32,000 nt of DNA, taken from assembly GCA_004556155.1 (NCBI GenBank), contig SFIM01000017.1:14489-46488 (forward strand). Direction: 5' to 3'. Below the pieces are notes generated by a model that worked only from the letters and a program-made list of their open reading frames with translations, was not told the origin of the DNA and did not search any database. Of the stretch, positions 31,342 to 32,000 are shown one piece after another. Numbering within the stretch: the first letter of the stretch is position 1; each line of letters begins with the position of its first letter. Source of the DNA: Clostridiales bacterium. GTDB taxonomy: Bacteria; Bacillota; Clostridia; Christensenellales; Aristaeellaceae. The position numbers and the translations under genes were made by a program.

Positions 31342-32000
31342 TCGGACAGCACCATCTCGGCGCGCATCTGGCAGGTCTGCGCGTATTCCTGCGGCGACAC
31401 CTTGCCCTCCAGCAGCTGCGGATACAGATGCTGCCACTGATCCTTGTACAGGTCGCCGATGTAGTAATCCTGCACGGCGTTCTGCAGCATGGCGTACCAC
31501 ACGCGCTTGTTGCCGCTGGGATCGTTTTTCAAGTCATTTTCCATATCCGTCTTCAGCAGATATCCGTTATTGGTGCGGAAGGCCGTGCTCCGCAGCGCAT
31601 CCTCTGTAAACAGGCAGGCAAGCAGATACTCCGCCGCTTCCCTGTAGGGCGAATTGGCGTTGAGCACCGTGCGCACAACGTCCGCCGGATAGCGCGTTTG
31701 CCTGTCAGACACCGGCGGCAGCAGCAGCGGGCCATATTCGCCTTCGACCGCTGAGGAATAGCCTGCGCCGCCCGCATACAGCAGCGCGCGGCTGTTCATT
31801 GTCTCCTGCTCGCGGAACAGCACCAGCCCATCCCGGCACAGCTGCGTCCAGCGCGTCAGATCGTCTATAAAGCCCGCATCGTTATAGCTTGCCGTGCCGC
31901 GGAGCGCATCCACCGTGTTGGCATTATACTGCACCAGAAAATAGGGCAGCGTGCCCACCTGGTCCTGCAGCAGATAAAGCTGCGTGCCATGGCTGGCGTT
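31338..32000 (-). CDS. 3' part of a probable extracellular solute-binding protein gene (5' end lies beyond the window)
   Basis: The frame stays open from 31958 to 32000 by hand translation (...NASHGTQLYLLQDQ-VGTLPYF...), so the listed GTG start is internal. Its position directly upstream of, and coupled to, two permease genes supports a binding protein, as does the sequence style (ALLYAGGAGY, YYIGDLYKDQWQHLYPQLLEGKVSPQEY). Confidence 0.65.
   Translation of the reverse strand, partial: NASHGTQLYLLQDQVGTLPYFLVQYNANTVDALRGTASYNDAGFIDDLTRWTQLCRDGLVLFREQETMNSRALLYAGGAGYSSAVEGEYGPLLLPPVSDRQTRYPADVVRTVLNANSPYREAAEYLLACLFTEDALRSTAFRTNNGYLLKTDMENDLKNDPSGNKRVWYAMLQNAVQDYYIGDLYKDQWQHLYPQLLEGKVSPQEYAQTCQMRAEMVLSE

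Noticed and set aside
1-32000. Search for tRNA/rRNA genes, CRISPR repeats, IS elements, integrases, prophage or known defence modules (RM, TA, Abi, CBASS-like)
   Set aside because: No intergenic gap is large or structured enough for a tRNA or rRNA. No regularly spaced direct repeats were seen. No ORF shows transposase, recombinase, nuclease-helicase or toxin-antitoxin signatures. The window is metabolic, transport and envelope content. The search was done by eye only, so very small or degenerate elements could have been missed.

Overview
32-kb chromosomal segment, mostly very GC-rich but compositionally uneven. It reads like a Gram-positive anaerobe of the Bacillota/Clostridia type. That taxon call is inference only, from GGAGG-type Shine-Dalgarno sites, TTGACA-17-TATAAT promoters often with a TGn extension, an ECF transporter module, LplABC-type sugar ABC systems and an SH3b/peptidoglycan-binding wall protein. 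I can support 28 protein-coding genes, one candidate 30-codon ORF, about a dozen sigma-70-type promoters and about ten intrinsic terminators. I see no rRNA, tRNA, CRISPR array, transposase, integrase or recognisable defence genes. Gene order, left to right: 5' end of a large gene running off the window (-); glgA with an odd basic tail (-); secreted multi-FMN-binding protein (-); anchored binding-protein-like ORF (-); phosphoglucomutase (+); 8x SH3b wall protein (+); HI0933-type flavoprotein (+); ecfA1-ecfA2-ecfT (-); membrane GGDEF cyclase (-); azlCD (-); FAD oxidoreductase plus LplB/LplC/LplA-type ABC importer (-); divergent HutC-type GntR regulator, radical SAM enzyme, a chimeric regulator/permease remnant and a xylose-isomerase-like TIM-barrel protein (+); YgjP-type metallopeptidase (-); PII-like protein plus RCK-less CPA2 antiporter (+); candidate small basic ORF (-); aroK (+); a second sugar ABC system running off the right edge (-). 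The best candidate for an undescribed system is the 17.1-26.4 kb locus, which has no glycoside hydrolase: an importer paired with an FAD oxidoreductase, an uncharacterised radical SAM enzyme and a TIM-barrel protein, with a deletion scar inside it. Other items worth follow-up are the triple-flavinylation-motif secreted protein, the PII-like/antiporter pair, the GlgA tail and the small basic ORF. Many long ORFs in the supplied track are antisense artefacts of high GC3, and several listed starts are too far upstream. Corrected starts are given per feature.
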